DNA of 64,000 nt. Origin: Macrostomum lignano (lineage: Eukaryota). A program made the position numbers and the translations under genes. The notes below the pieces were generated by a model, which searched no databases, was not told the DNA's origin, and saw only the letters and a list, made by a program, of their open reading frames with translations. The stretch covers positions 243,454 through 307,453 of the forward strand of contig NIVC01000593.1 in NCBI GenBank assembly GCA_002269645.1. The letters run 5' to 3'. Within the stretch, counting starts at the first letter, position 1; each line of letters opens with the position of its first letter. Shown here in pieces: positions 1-12,797 of this stretch.

Positions 1-733
1 CCGAAACCCTCCCAGATTCTCAGTTGCTGTGCCACCGAAACCCTCCCAGATTCTCAGTTGCTGTGCCACCGAAACCCTCCCAGATTATCAGTTGCTGTGC
101 CACCGAAACCCTCCCAGATTATCAGTTGCTGTGCCACTAAAACCCTCCCAGATTCTCAGTTGCTGTGCCACTAAAACCCTCCCAGATTCTCAGTTGCTGT
201 GCCACTAAAACCCTCCCAGATTGTCAGTTGCTGTGCCAGCCTCCCAGATCCCCAGTTGCTGGGCCAGCCTCCCAGATCCTCAGTTGCTGGGCCAGCCTTT
301 CAGGTTCTCAGTTGCTAGGCCAGCCTCCCAGATCCTCAGTTGCTGTGCCAGCCTCCCAGATCCCCAGTTGCTGGGCCAGCCTCCCAGATTCTCAGTTGCT
401 GTGCCTCCGGAACCTTCCCAGATTCTCAGTTGCTGTGCCACCGGAACCCTCCCAGATCCTCAGTTGCTGGGCCAGCTTCCCAGATCCTCAGTTGCTGGGC
501 CAGCCTCCCAGAGTGTCAATAGCTGGGCCAGCCTCCCAGATTCTCAGTTGCTGGGCCAGCTTCCCAGATCCTCAGTTGCTGGGCCAGCCTCCCAGATCCT
601 CAGTTGCCGGGCCAGTCTCCCAGATCCTCAGTTGCTGGGCCAGCCTTTCAGGTTCTTAGTTGCTAGGCCAGCCTCCCAGATCCTCAGTTGCTGGGCCAGC
701 CTCCCAGATCCTCAGTTGCTGGCCAGCCTCCCT
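1..733. repeat. Intronic minisatellite: 34-bp variant (1-235) grading into a 28-bp unit GCCTCCCAGATCCTCAGTTGCTGGGCCA
   Basis: Tandem units read directly. The same family recurs at 51945-52200 and 55628-56335. The array ends about 40 nt before the kinase exon acceptor. Confidence 0.95.
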
Positions 734-774
734 GACCCTCGCAGATCTGAATCACAGCACTCCCGTCTCCCTAG

Positions 775-3700
775 CAGAGCTCGCCATCTCGGGCCAGCAA
801 GCCGCGCGGTCGGATCTTCCTGGCGCTGATGAAAGCGGTGGAAAGTGTCGATAAGCTCGACACTAGATTCGGCGGCGGGCGCTGGCGATTCGGCTTACAA
901 ATTGTGTACGTAGAAGACGTGCACTACACGCACTACACTCTGTACGCTCTGGCCGCCACTGAGGCTGACCGGGCCGACTGGCTGCGCCTAATCCGGGACA
1001 ACGCTCTGGCTAGAGGGGCCAGGTTTGGCCCAGTCTATCATCCTGGCGCCTGGCTTAAGCCTGGCCGATTTGCCTGCTGCAACAGTAGCGATAAAAAATC
1101 GCACGGCTGCTCGCCAGCTACGGATGCTCAACAGCTGCAGCAGCAAGATGAGTCAGTTCAATTGGCTACTCAACGGCAGCAGAGACCTGCCAATCAGTTA
1201 CAGCCGCTGTCCCAGCAACAGTTGACCTCGCAGACTGGGGTTAGTAACTCTTTACGACCTATTTCATTTATGTACATTACTGTATACAGCTTAGTGCAGG
1301 GGTCGGCAACTTTTTTACCTCAAGGGCCAGGTAAAACCTTGCTAATGGCTGCGGGCCGGATGTGAGAGAAGAGAAGAGAGGAAAGAAGGGAGAGGAGAAG
1401 TGAAGATAGATAAAATGAGAGATGAAAGGAGAGAAAATGAGAAGAGAGAGGGAAGCAGAGCAATGAGTAGAGAGGGGATTGAGAGAAGAGTGGAGAGAGA
1501 AGGTATAAGAGAGCTCAGAAGAGACCTTGAGCGGGCCGGATTCCTGGCTTCCTGGACCGCATGTGGACCGCGGGCCGGATTTTGCCGACCCCCGGTTTTA
1601 GAGGTAAACTCCTCTGGTTCTTGCACCACGATCCCACGTTGATTCGGAGATGTGTGCACACAATTGAGAGCCAACTACCCCCACCCCCCAAGGCACAGAA
1701 AGTGTACATGCCTGACGATAGTATTGGCGCGCTTGAATGTACTTTTGTACCAGTGCAAGCCTTACCCTAATTAGCTGTACCGGATGTTACTTCAGTGAGC
1801 TAATGTCATAGAAGCTTTATTACTCAATCCTAATTTGAAAACTCAGTTCTACTAGTAGTGGACAAATCATTTTTATGACTCTTCTATATTCACAGGTGGG
1901 CAATTCCCGGTCAACGTCCAACTTTATTACTGACTCGTCAGCCAACGGTGTGACTGGCGGCGGCGACCAGCCAACTGGCGCGGCTGGCAACGTTGTGGTT
2001 GCCATACATAATTTCCGTCCAATGCGCTCCAACCAGATTCGATTGGAGAAGGTTTGTTTTTTTTAATTTCAATTGTTTTATAGTTTGGTATTCCAATATA
2101 CTAAAACAATTTATTTTATGCTGTACTTTCATTTTGCCGTTTTTCATAAATATTTAGCCAACTAATCCTTTCTTATTGAGCTGCTGACCAACTGATCTAT
2201 TCTCATTGAGCTGCTGACCAACTGATCTATTCTCATTGATCTCCTGACCAACTGATCTATTCTCATTGAGCTCCTGACCAACTGATCTATTCTCATTGAG
2301 CTGCTGACCAACTTATCTATTCTCATTGAGCTGCTGACCAACTGATCTATTCTCATTGAGCTGCTGACCAACTGATCTATTCTCATTGAGCTGCTGACCA
2401 ACTGATCTATTCTCATTGAGCTGCTGACCAACTGATCTATTCTCATTGAGCTGCTGACCAACTGATCTATTCTCATTGAGCTGCTGACCAACTGATCTAT
2501 TCTCATTGATCTCCTGACCAACTGATCTATTCTCATTGAGCTGCTGACCAACTGATCTATTCTCATTGAGCTCCTGACCAACTGATCTATTCTCATTGAG
2601 CTACTGACCAACTGATCTATTCTCATTGAGCTCCTGACCAACTGAGCTGCTGACCAACTGATCTATTCTCATTGAGCTCCTGACCAACTGAGCTGCTGAC
2701 CAACTGATCTATTCTCATTGAGCTACTGACCAACTGATCTATTCTCATTGAGCTGCTGACCAACTGAGCTGCTGACCAACTGATCTATTCTCATTGAGCT
2801 ACTGACCAACTGATCTATTCTCATTGAGCTGCTGACCAACTGATCTATTCTCATTGAGCTACTGACCAACTGATCTATTCTCATTGAGCTGCTGACCAAC
2901 TGATCTATTATAGATACCAAAGTAATCAGTAAAGTAATTGTAGAAACAAGAATCGCTAAACTTAGCATATACTTCCTATTTTATTGCTACTACCTGAGGC
3001 GCAGGTTAACATAGCAGCGTGATTCTATATCAACAATAAAAAATGACAAATTCTTCGCAGGGCGGACGCTACATGGTAGTTGACGGATCCAATGCCAAAT
3101 GGTGGTACGTCCGGGATTCATCTGGGTAAGTGTAGTTTTTTTCGGTGCAATATATTCTACACTTAATTCTTAGAAAACGATTCGAGAATTTCGAATTGCA
3201 GAGAGTACGGCTACATTCCGGCTAATTATATACGCAAGCCCGACAGTCTTGAAACTTACGAGTAAGTTCTATTTGCCTAGCAATTGGCTACTACTACTAA
3301 TTAATTAGTAATTAGTTAAATTATTATACATGACTAATGCACGTTTCCTATACTGACAGCTGGTACTACAAGAACATCAGCAGACAGCGGGCTGAGCACA
3401 TACTGCTCGATCTGGGCCGCAAAGAAGGCTGCTTCCTAGTTCGTGACTCAGTGTCTAAACGGAACAGTTACACCTTGTCTGTTATGGCTAAGGATGTTAA
3501 TAAGTGAGTGTTGTTCATGCGCTCCTTTAATTACAGTGCATGACTGTCTTTGAACTCGGTAATTTGACTATGCTGGCATCGTTGGAATCTTCTCCATTCA
3601 CTGTTGCTGTGTCTCTCTTAGTCTCTACTAGCCTCCATTTCCCACCTGTCCTTCCTTTTGATTCCTCTCCCTCGTGTCTACCTCAATCTTTTATTGTGTA

Positions 3701-6700
3701 CCTCCATCTCTCCTTGTCTACCTCCATATCTCCTTGTCTACCTTTATCTCCCCTTGTCTACCCCTATCCCTCCTTCCTCTCTACATTTCATAATAATTAT
3801 CGCATTAAAAGAATTAGCAGTGTTATAGGGCATGTATGCATCGACCTGCTAACTTTATAATGCATGCAATGCTCCAATCTGCATGCTAACAAGTCCAGTC
3901 TGGGAGAGGGGGAACGGGAGAAAATCGATTGAGCCCCTCTCCTCCCAGTTGTTGCGGCACTAATGATTGCCGTTAGCTGTGTATTTTGGGCCAATATTTG
4001 TGCCTCAGATGGAATATAAGCGTTTATATACGCTATGGAAAAGTTGTGCATCTAATTATCCTCTGTCAATAATCGTTACCATCTTTTATTGCTTTAATAT
4101 TTCAAATTCCCAAATCCAGTTGTAGGCTGATTAATTATCTGTATTAAGCTCCATTAGCAATAGACCTGGTGGAACTGCCACCAATGTTTAGTGTCTAATC
4201 TAAACAGACTGTGAAAATTTTAAAATGATGCTTGCCTTTGTATGCTGTAGTTTATACGCACAGATTTATAACCATACTAAACCAGTGCAAAATTGCCGAG
4301 ATTTCGATTCAAATTTATCTGCAGCCTGAATGCCATTTATAGAGGCTCTCTGCGTCATTGGTGACGTGCACTCCGTGTCTGTTAGTATTTTATCTGTAAT
4401 CTGTCTTTAGTAATCTATCTATCTGTCATAGGGTCCCTCCCTGTAGATTTTCTATTAGTGGGGTCAGCTGCCCTCCCTGTAGATTTTCTATTAGTGGGGT
4501 CAGATGCCCTCCCAGTAGATTTTCTATTAGTGGGGTCAGATGCCCTCCCTGTAGATTTTCTATTAGTGGGGTCAGATGCCCTCCCTGTAGATTTTCTATT
4601 AGTGGGGTCAGCTGCCCTCCCTGTAGATTTTCTATTAGTGGGGTCAGATGCCCTCCCTGTAGATTTTCTATTAGTGGGGTCAGATGCCCTCCCAGTAGAT
4701 TTTCTATTAGTGGGGTCAGATGCCCTCCCTGTAGATTTTCTATTAGTGGGTCAGATGCCCTCCCTGTAGATTTTCTATTAGTGGGGTCAGCTGCCCTCCC
4801 TGTAGATTTTCTATTAGTGGGGTCAGCTGCCCTCCCTGTAGATTTTCTATTAGTGGGGTCAGCTGCCCTCCCTGTAGATTTTCTATTAGTGGGGTCAGCT
4901 GCCCTCCCTGTAGATTTTCTATTAGTGGGGTCAGCTGCCCTCCCTGTAGATTTTCTATTAGTGGGGTCAGCTGCCCTCCCTGTAGATTTTCTATTAGTGG
5001 GGTCAGATGCCCTCCCTGTAGATTTTCTATTAGTGGGGTCAGCTGCCCTCCCAGTAGATTTTCTATTAGTGGGGTCAGATGCCCTCCCTGTAGATTTTCT
5101 ATTAGTGGGTCAGATGCCCTCCCTGTAGATTTTCTATTAGTGGGGTCAGCTGCCCTCCCTGTAGATTTTCTATTAGTGGGGTCAGCTGCCCTCCCTGTAG
5201 ATTTTCTATTAGTGGGGTCAGCTGCCCTCCCTGTAGATTTTCTATTAGTGGGGTCAGCTGCCCTCCCTGTAGATTTTCTATTAGTGGGGTCAGCTGCCCT
5301 CCCTGTAGATTTTCTATTAGTGGGGTCAGCTGCCCTCCCTGTAGATTTTCTATTAGTGGGGTCAGCTGCCCTCCCTGTAGATTTTCTATTAGTGGGGTCA
5401 GATGCCCTCCCTGTGGATCTTTTATTAGTGGGGTCAGCTGCCATACCTGTAGATTTTCTATTAGTGGGGTCAGATGCCCTCCCTGTAGATCTCTCTATAG
5501 GCCTCTGATCCTTCATTGGGCTCCTGCCCAGGTGAGGCACCTGTACTTTCAGTTTTTCTTCACGAAAAATCTGTCCCGACGTTTCCCCTGCCAGAAGAAT
5601 TCTTTAATGCGTAATAAAGAATAGTAATAATGCGGAGCTGCACCTCGGGACAACAAATTTTTTATTATATTAGTTTTTATCTCAGCTTCAATAGTACTGA
5701 GTCCAAGACTTCAGGACAGTCACTGGGGGGGGGGGCTGCTCGGCGGTGGGTCTCTCTGCCTCGCACTTCTTTCTTTTGCTAAGTCGTTTAGACTGCGTGC
5801 GAAACCAATTCTACTGAGGCCACAGCCGCGCAGCAGCGGCTACCCAATTGCACAGTGCGCTTTAATTATTCAGTTGACTGCCAGGCGAGTCTGCTAGATA
5901 AATTTGGTAGACGATATTGTTTTTCTACCTCTGTTAGTTTTGTTGCTAACTTTTTTATTTATCTAAATCAGAGGATAGCGGGGACCCACTGAAGGAGCGG
6001 AGGATGACAGCGGGGACCCACTGAATGAGTGGAGGGTGACAGCGGGGACCCACTGAAGGAGCGGAGGGTAACAGCGGAGACCCACTGAAGGAGCGGAGGG
6101 TAACAGCGGAGACCCACTGAAGGAGCGGAGGGTGACAGCGGGGACCCACTGAATGAGTGGAGGGCGACAGCGGAGACCCACTGAATGAGTGGAGGGCGAC
6201 AGCGGAGACCCACTGAATGAGTGGAGGGCGACAGCGGAGACCCACTGAATGAGTGGAGGGTGACAGCGGGGACCCACTGAATGAGTGGAGGGTAACAGAG
6301 GAGACCCACTGAAGGAGCGGAGGGTGACAGCGGGGACCCACTGAATGAGTGGAGGGTAACAGAGGAGACCCACTGAAGGAGCGGAGGGTGACAGCGGAGA
6401 CCCACTGAATGAGTGGAGGGTGACAGCGGGGACTCAGTAAAAGACAAAATCTGAACGATTTAAAGATACCTTAATAAAAAGTGTTACAATTTACTTATAA
6501 ATAGCAAATTATGGAGATGTTTCCGTGAAGTAATATATTTGTAAAGTTTTTTCTTAATCAGTAGCACAAAACCGCAATTTTCCAGTCGCAGCGAGTGGCG
6601 CGTGCACCACTATCACATCTACGTGAACGATCAGCGCCAGTACTATCTGGCTGAGAAGCACGCCTGCGCGTCTATTCCTGAGTTAATCTTCTATCACAAG

Positions 6701-9700
6701 CACAATTCTGGCGGTGAGTATCTAGTATATGATTATCACTACTCTGTGACTGTTTTCGGTGAGATTCTCACTACTCTATGGCAATCTAGGGTGAGATTCT
6801 CGCTACTCTATGGCAATCTAGGGTGAGATTCTCTACTCTATGGAAATCTAGGGTAAGATTCTCGCTACTCTATGGCAATCTAGGGTGAGATTCTCGCTAC
6901 TCTATGGCAATCTAGGGTGAGATTCTCTACTCTTTGGAAATCTAGGGTGAGATTCTCACTACTCTATGGTAATCTAGGGTGAGATTCTCACTATTCTACG
7001 GTGTAATCTAGGTTGAGATTCTCACTACTCTATAGTGTAATCTAGGTTGAGATTCTCACTACTCTATGGCAATCTAGGTTGAGATTCTCGCTACTCTATG
7101 GCAATCTAGGTTGAGATTCTCGCTACTCTATGGCAATCTAGCGTGAGATTCTCGCTACTCTGTGGTGTAATCTAGGGTGAGATTCTCACTACTCTATGGC
7201 AATCTAGGGTGAGATTCTCGCTACTCTATGGTGTAATCTAGGTTGAGATTCTCGCTACTCTATAGCAATCTAGGGTGAGATTCTCACTACTCTATGGTGT
7301 AATCTAGATTGAGATTCTCACTACTCTATGGTAATCTGGGGTGAGATTCTCACTACTCTATGGTGTAATCTAGATTGAGATTCTCACTACTCTATGGTAA
7401 TCTGGGGTGAGATTCTCACTACTCTATGGTGTAATCTAGGTTGTGATTCTCACTACTCTATGACAATCTAGGGTGAGATTCTCGCTACTATATGACAATC
7501 TAGGGTGAGATTCTCTACTCTATGGAAATATAGGGTGAGATTCTCGCTACTCTATGGCAATCTAGGGTAAGATTCTCACTACTCTGTGGCAATCTAGGGT
7601 AAGATTCTCACTACTCTGTGGCAATCTAGGGTAAGATTCTCGCTACTCTATGGCAATCTAGGGTAAAATTCTCGCTACTCTATGGCAATCTAGGGTAAGA
7701 TTCTCGCTACTCTATGGAAATCTAGGGTGAGATTCTCGCTACTCTACGGAAATCTAGGGTGAGATTCTCGCTACTCTGTGGCAATCTAGGGTAAAATTCT
7801 CGCTACTCTATGGCAATCTAGGGTGAGATTCTCGCTACTCGATGGCAATCTAGGGTGAGATTATTGAATTTATCAAAATAGGCTAAGATCAAGGCAAAAC
7901 CATCCCCCGCATCCGCAGGCTTGGTTGTCCGCCTGCGCTCGCCGCCCAGCCTCGGCCAGGAGGCGCCGGCCCCGGTGGGCCTTGGCTTCGACGAGCTCGA
8001 AGTTGATCCGGCCGAGCTCAAAATGGACCGCGACCCGATTGGCCGCGGCCAATTCGGCGAAGTCCGCCGCGGCTGGCTTCGCGGCACCCCGGTGGCCGTC
8101 AAGCTGATGCTGGAAGGCGCCATGGCTGAGGAGGACTTCATCGAGGAGGCGAGAAATATGCGCAATTTGAATCACCCGAATCTTGTTCAGCTATTCGGTG
8201 TGGTCACCAAGTCTAAGCCGGTCATGCTGGTCACGGACTACATGCCGTACGGATCGCTGAAAGACTTTCTACGCTCCCGTCGGGATAACTATATGAAGGC
8301 TAGTCGGGTTGCCGCCCTGCTAGACGTGTGCAACCAGGTAGCCGTGGCTATGATGTACCTGGAGGAGAGGAACTTCATTCACCGGGACTTGGCCTGCAGA
8401 AACATATTGGTCAAATCGTTGCTGCACCTGCACGGCTATATTGAGGCGAGTGTAGCATTGCATCGGTTTGGGGGGGTCGTTGAGTTATTAGAGTTGCAAA
8501 GAGTATCCATCAGATAGCTGTAGGCATTGGAAGAGAGGTGGACTGTGAGAGAGGGGTAGACAATGATAAGCTAGACTGAGAATGAATGAGAATGGTTAAG
8601 AAGTAGGCTGAGAGTGGATGAGAGGTAGGCTGAGAGTGAATGAGAGGTAGGCTGAGAGTGAATCAGAGGTAGGCTGAGAGTGAATGAGAGGTAGGCTGAG
8701 AGTGAATGAGAGGTAGGCTGAGAGTGAATCAGAGGTAGGCTGAGAGTGAATCAGAGGTAGGCTGAGAGTGAATCAGAGGTAGGCTGAGAGTGAATCAGAG
8801 GTAGGCTGAGAGTGAATGAGAGGTAGGCTGAGAGTGAATCAGAGGTAGGCTGAGAGTGAATGAGAGGTAGGCTGAGATTGAATGAGAGGTAGGCTGAGAG
8901 TGAATCAGAGGTAGGCTGAGAGTGAATCAGAGGTAGGCTGAGAGTGAATGAGAGGTAGGCTGAGAGTGGATGAGAGGTAAGCTGAGAGTGAATGAGAGGT
9001 AGGCTGAGAGTGGATGAGAGGTAGGCTGAGAGGTAGGCTGAGAGGTAGACTGAAAGTGGATGAGAGGTAGACTGAAAGTGGATGAGAGGTAGACTGAAAG
9101 CGGATGAGAGGTGAACTGAAAATTAATGAGGTAAGCTGAGAGTGAATGAGATGTAGGCTGAGAAGGGATGAGAATTAGACTGAGAGTGAGTAAGAATTGG
9201 TGATGATAGGTAATGGGGGCGGTATCCCAGTGGTCAAGCGCGGCGCTCTGATGTGCCAGCGGTCCAGGCTCGATTCCCATTGCAGTCGCATTAATCTGCG
9301 AGGGCTAAATTAGAATCTCAGCTTGGCTCTGCTCGTGCAATAAATGCCATTGAGGGCCAACCCCCAAGGCGCAGTAAATTGTACATGCCTAACGATAAAA
9401 TAAGTTAGGGCCACTTGTACACCTCTGTGTGTGAGTGTGTGGCTGTTCAGGGGAGTCAGCGGTATGAACAGCAATAAAAAAATCAAATGGATGAGAGGTA
9501 GACTGAGAAAGAGTGAGAAGTAGACAGAGAAGGGCGTGTCAGCACATGGTCTCGGGTTAGTAAAGTACCCAAGGCTAATCCGAATCCCACCCCCACCCCT
9601 GTTAACAGGTGAAGGTGAGCGACTTCGGCATGGCCCGGTTCCTCCTGGGCCAAGAGTACGACGCCTCGGCCGGTTCGAAATTCCCGGTTCGCTGGGCCGC

Positions 9701-10001
9701 ACCGGAGGTGTTCCAGTGCAACCGGTACAGCGTCAAGTCCGACGTCTGGGCGTTCGGCGTCCTCATGTGGGAGGTGTTCACCTGCTGCGACAGTCCCTAT
9801 GGCAACCGGACTAACGCCCAGGTGTGCCAGTACGTGGCAGACGGCGGGGTGCTGGAGAAGCCCAGACTGTGCCCGGAGCACCAGGTGTACGTGTACATCA
9901 TGCTGGACTGTTGGAAGTCGCAGTCGAGCGATCGGCCGTCATTTAGCGAAATTGTAGCCAAATTCGACATTGTGCTAGAGAATACCAATGTGTTCCGTTG
10001 A
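775..10001 (+). CDS. BTK: Tec/BTK-family non-receptor tyrosine kinase (Btk29A-like), 5'-partial, multi-exon
   Basis: Phase-consistent exons: 775/778-1239 (PH end RGRIFLALMKAVESV...WLRLI plus Btk/TH motif YHPGAW...CC...GC), 1896-2051, 3061-3125 and 3202-3261 (SH3: VVAIHNF, KWWYV, GYIPANY), 3360-3503 and 6586-6713 (SH2: WYY, FLVRDS, HHYHI), 7919-8445 (GRGQFG, VAVK, HRDLACRN), 9609-10001 (DFG, KFPVRWAAPE, SDVWAFG, TGA). AATAAA at 10902. Which vertebrate Tec member it matches is not resolvable. Confidence 0.93.
1297..1594. mobile_element. hAT-like non-autonomous element (MITE) in kinase intron
   Basis: Terminal inverted repeats CAGGGGTCGGCAA (1297) / TTGCCGACCCCCG (1582-1594), subterminal GCGGGCCGGA motifs, purine-rich filler. 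No clean 8-bp TSD seen. Confidence 0.55.
1640..1770 (+). mobile_element. 3' fragment of SINE family B
   Basis: GAGAGCCAAC..CCCCAAGGCACAGAAAGTGTACATGCCTGACGATA aligns by eye with 9350-9395 and 39262-39305. Confidence 0.55.
2165..2908. repeat. 30-bp minisatellite (GAGCTGCTGACCAACTGATCTATTCTCATT)
   Basis: Tandem units in the kinase intron between two SH3 exons. Confidence 0.95.
4431..5490. repeat. 36-bp minisatellite (GGGTCAGCTGCCCTCCCTGTAGATTTTCTATTAGTG)
   Basis: About 29 tandem units in the intron splitting SH2. Confidence 0.95.
5974..6434. repeat. 32-bp minisatellite (GACAGCGGGGACCCACTGAAGGAGCGGAGGGT)
   Basis: Tandem units; second array in the same intron. Confidence 0.95.
6760..7860. repeat. 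~32-bp minisatellite (CTAGGGTGAGATTCTCGCTACTCTATGGCAAT)
   Basis: Fills almost the whole intron 6714-7918. Confidence 0.95.
8590..9100. repeat. 22-bp minisatellite (GAGAGGTAGGCTGAGAGTGAAT)
   Basis: Tandem units in the last kinase intron. Confidence 0.92.
9215..9450 (+). mobile_element. tRNA-derived SINE, family B
   Basis: Pol III A-box-like GGTATCCCAGTGG and B-box-like GGCTCGATTCCC (9267), followed by a body shared with 1640-1770 and 39156-39370. Confidence 0.6.
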
Positions 10002-10422
10002 ATTCTTACAGCCCGAGTCTTTGACCGACTTCATTTTACCTACTGATAGTAGTTAGAGAATTCGCTCGCTTATTTCTGTGCATCTGAAGGTCATTTCTGT
10101 GCATCTGAAGGTCAATTGGTCAATTCCAAATCTCGGTAATGTATTTTAAACAGCAATTTTCTATAAATTTCTATTCTCACTTCCTCCTTGAGCTTTTTTT
10201 GTGATCCTTGCTATAATCTTGGCTTGCACCTGCTAAACAAACTTAACTATATATGTACTAGCTCTGAACTTGTTGCTTTTACTATAGTGCATTATATATG
10301 CAATTGTAGTTTTGCTTATAAGCGCGCCTGCATATAGTTAAATATTTTTTTAAACTGCCTTCTGCAGCTGAAGAACGCATTGATTGCATAGGCTTCTTGT
10401 GCTTTTGCTAGCCATCTACACC

Positions 10423-10770
10423 TGTGCCTGTATCTCCTGCCTGTATCTCCTGTCTGTGTCTCCTGCCTGTATCTCCTGTCTGTATCTCCTGCCTGTATCT
10501 CCTGTGTGTATCTCCTGTCTGTGTCTCCTGTCTGTATCTCCTGCCTGTATCTTTTGCCTGTATCTGCTGTCTGTATCTCCTGTCTGTATCTCCTGTCTGT
10601 ATCTCCTGTCTGTATCTTCTGCCTGTATCTCCTGTCTGCATCTCCTGTCTGTGTCTCCTGCCTGTGTCTCCTGCCTGTGTCTCCTGTCTGTATCTCCTGT
10701 CTGTATCTCCTGTCTGTGTCTCCTGCCTGTGTCTCCTGCCTGTGTCTCCTGTCTGTATCTCCTGTCTGTC
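10423..10770. repeat. 13-bp minisatellite (TGTATCTCCTGYC), probably in the kinase 3' UTR
   Basis: Tandem units between the stop (10001) and AATAAA (10902). Confidence 0.9.
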
Positions 10771-12218
10771 CCTAATAGATGTCATAACAGGCCAGTTTCG
10801 ATTGCCATTCGATGCGAAAATGTGCCTATCTATGTTTTTAAAAACTTCATACTTCGCGCTTCGTAGTTAAATTTTGAAGCTATGCAGCTCCTGTGGTTTT
10901 GAATAAAATAACGCCTATAATGCAATTCATACGTTTGCCTTCACACTCACCCTTCTCTACTCTCTCTAATCTGTCTGTCTCCCGCACTGCACGTACGCCA
11001 GCTGCTTTATTTTGAGGATTTCGCTGCCTTTTTTCAGCTTTTCGGCTTCTCTGTCGGCTTATTTCCTGCTTCTAAAAGATTCTGTCTTTCGAATTTTGCC
11101 GCTGCCAGTCTCTTTGACTGCCTCCCCCCCCCCGACTCGTTTGATAAAGTTTTGCTTCTAAAGTAGTTCATTCGCTCGTTTAAAGTGCACGCTCGCCGCT
11201 ATACACTTACCAAATACTGTTTTGCTCTGTTCCGCTTCAAGCATGCCGGCATAATGATCAGCTGATTGGGTGTTGCATCGCAAACCCCCTCGTGTTGCAA
11301 TAGAAATTCAATTTCACAGAATATTCCCTGGTGAGTCATTATAACTGCTCTTCTGTTGTGACCGATCATCGCTAATGTAATCTCAGTAAACTAATTTATC
11401 TAGTGGCTTAATACGTACTTCCACTTTACAAAAAACATTTAATTGCTCGAATTTGGTGACTAAAGTCCTAGTTCTTTTACGTTTACTCAAATGTTCCACG
11501 CATTGATTTATTTAATATAATCAAACATGAGCTATGCAAAGCAATGCCTGCTTGCCCCCCAGCTGTTCAATTCCGCAGGTTTATACTTCACTCTTCTACT
11601 AGCTGAACTTTGTGTCTTCTCAAAGTATATCACCTAATCTGGTTGCTACATTTTTTATACTTTTTTTCTCGTAACTTTTTTTAAATTTGCGCAAATTATT
11701 CTTACACAGGTGAGCTTGGCCTACTTTGAGTAGTTTGCTAGTAAGTAGTGGTATTTTTTGTAACTGGAAGTCTAGTAAATTTTGGAATTTTGCAGAATTA
11801 TTATATTATTAATAGTCGAGTGTCTGTCAATGTAGCCTCGAATCCCAATTAATTTCTTTATTCTGTTTTTTTCTGTTCTAGAAAGTTAAAACAATCATTT
11901 TGCGGTGTAAAGCATTATTTAATATTACTGTTTCCAATATTTGAAGATACATATATATTGTCTTTTTAGTGCGTTTTTTTATTTTTGTATAGCACCTCCG
12001 TTCTCTCCGCGTGTTTGACAATGCAAATTGCAATTTATATATATGACTATATTGACCCACCTGTGCTATTTTTTGTAGACATACTTCGCAATCTTGTCTA
12101 TATAAATAGATAAGTATATCTATGAAAATTGTAATCTAGAAGGCTATTCTGCTGTTCAGTTTAATGCAAATTCGAATACTTTTTTAAAATAATTATTGAT
12201 TTTTAACACGGGGATTAA

Positions 12219-12797
12219 CACGTATATATCTGGGTGTTGTGAAACTTCGTGAGTGTATATATCTGGGTGTTGTGAAACTTCGGGAGTGTATATGTCTGGG
12301 TGTTGTGAAGATTCGGGAGTGTATATATCTGGGTGTTGTGAAACTTCGTCAGTGTATATATCTGGGTGTTGTGAAACTTCGGGAGTGTATATATCTGGGT
12401 GTTGTGAAACTTCGGGAGTGTATATATCTGGGTGTTGTGAAACTTCGTCAGTGTATATATCGTCACCCAGATAGTGTATATATCTGGGTGTTGAAACTTC
12501 GGGAGTGTATATATCTGGGTGTTGTGAAACTTCGTCAGTGTATATATCTGATGGTTGTGATACTTCGTCAGTGTATATATCTGGGTGTTGTGAAACTTCG
12601 TCAGTGTATATATCTGAGTGTTGTGAAACTTCGTGAGTGTATATATCTGGGTGTTGTGAAACTTCGTCAGTGTATATATCTGATGGTTGTGAAACTTCGG
12701 GAGTGTATATATCTGGGTGTTGTGAAACTTCGTCAGTGTATATATCTGGGTGTTGTGAAACTTCGGGAGTGTATATATCTGGGTGTTGTGAAGATTC
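12219..12797. repeat. 33-bp minisatellite (GTGTATATATCTGGGTGTTGTGAAACTTCGGGA)
   Basis: Tandem units. Confidence 0.95.

Noticed and set aside
165-829. ORFs rich in PPRSS / SQILSCW
   Set aside because: Translations of the intronic 28/34-bp satellite; the same holds for ORFs at 55597-56408.
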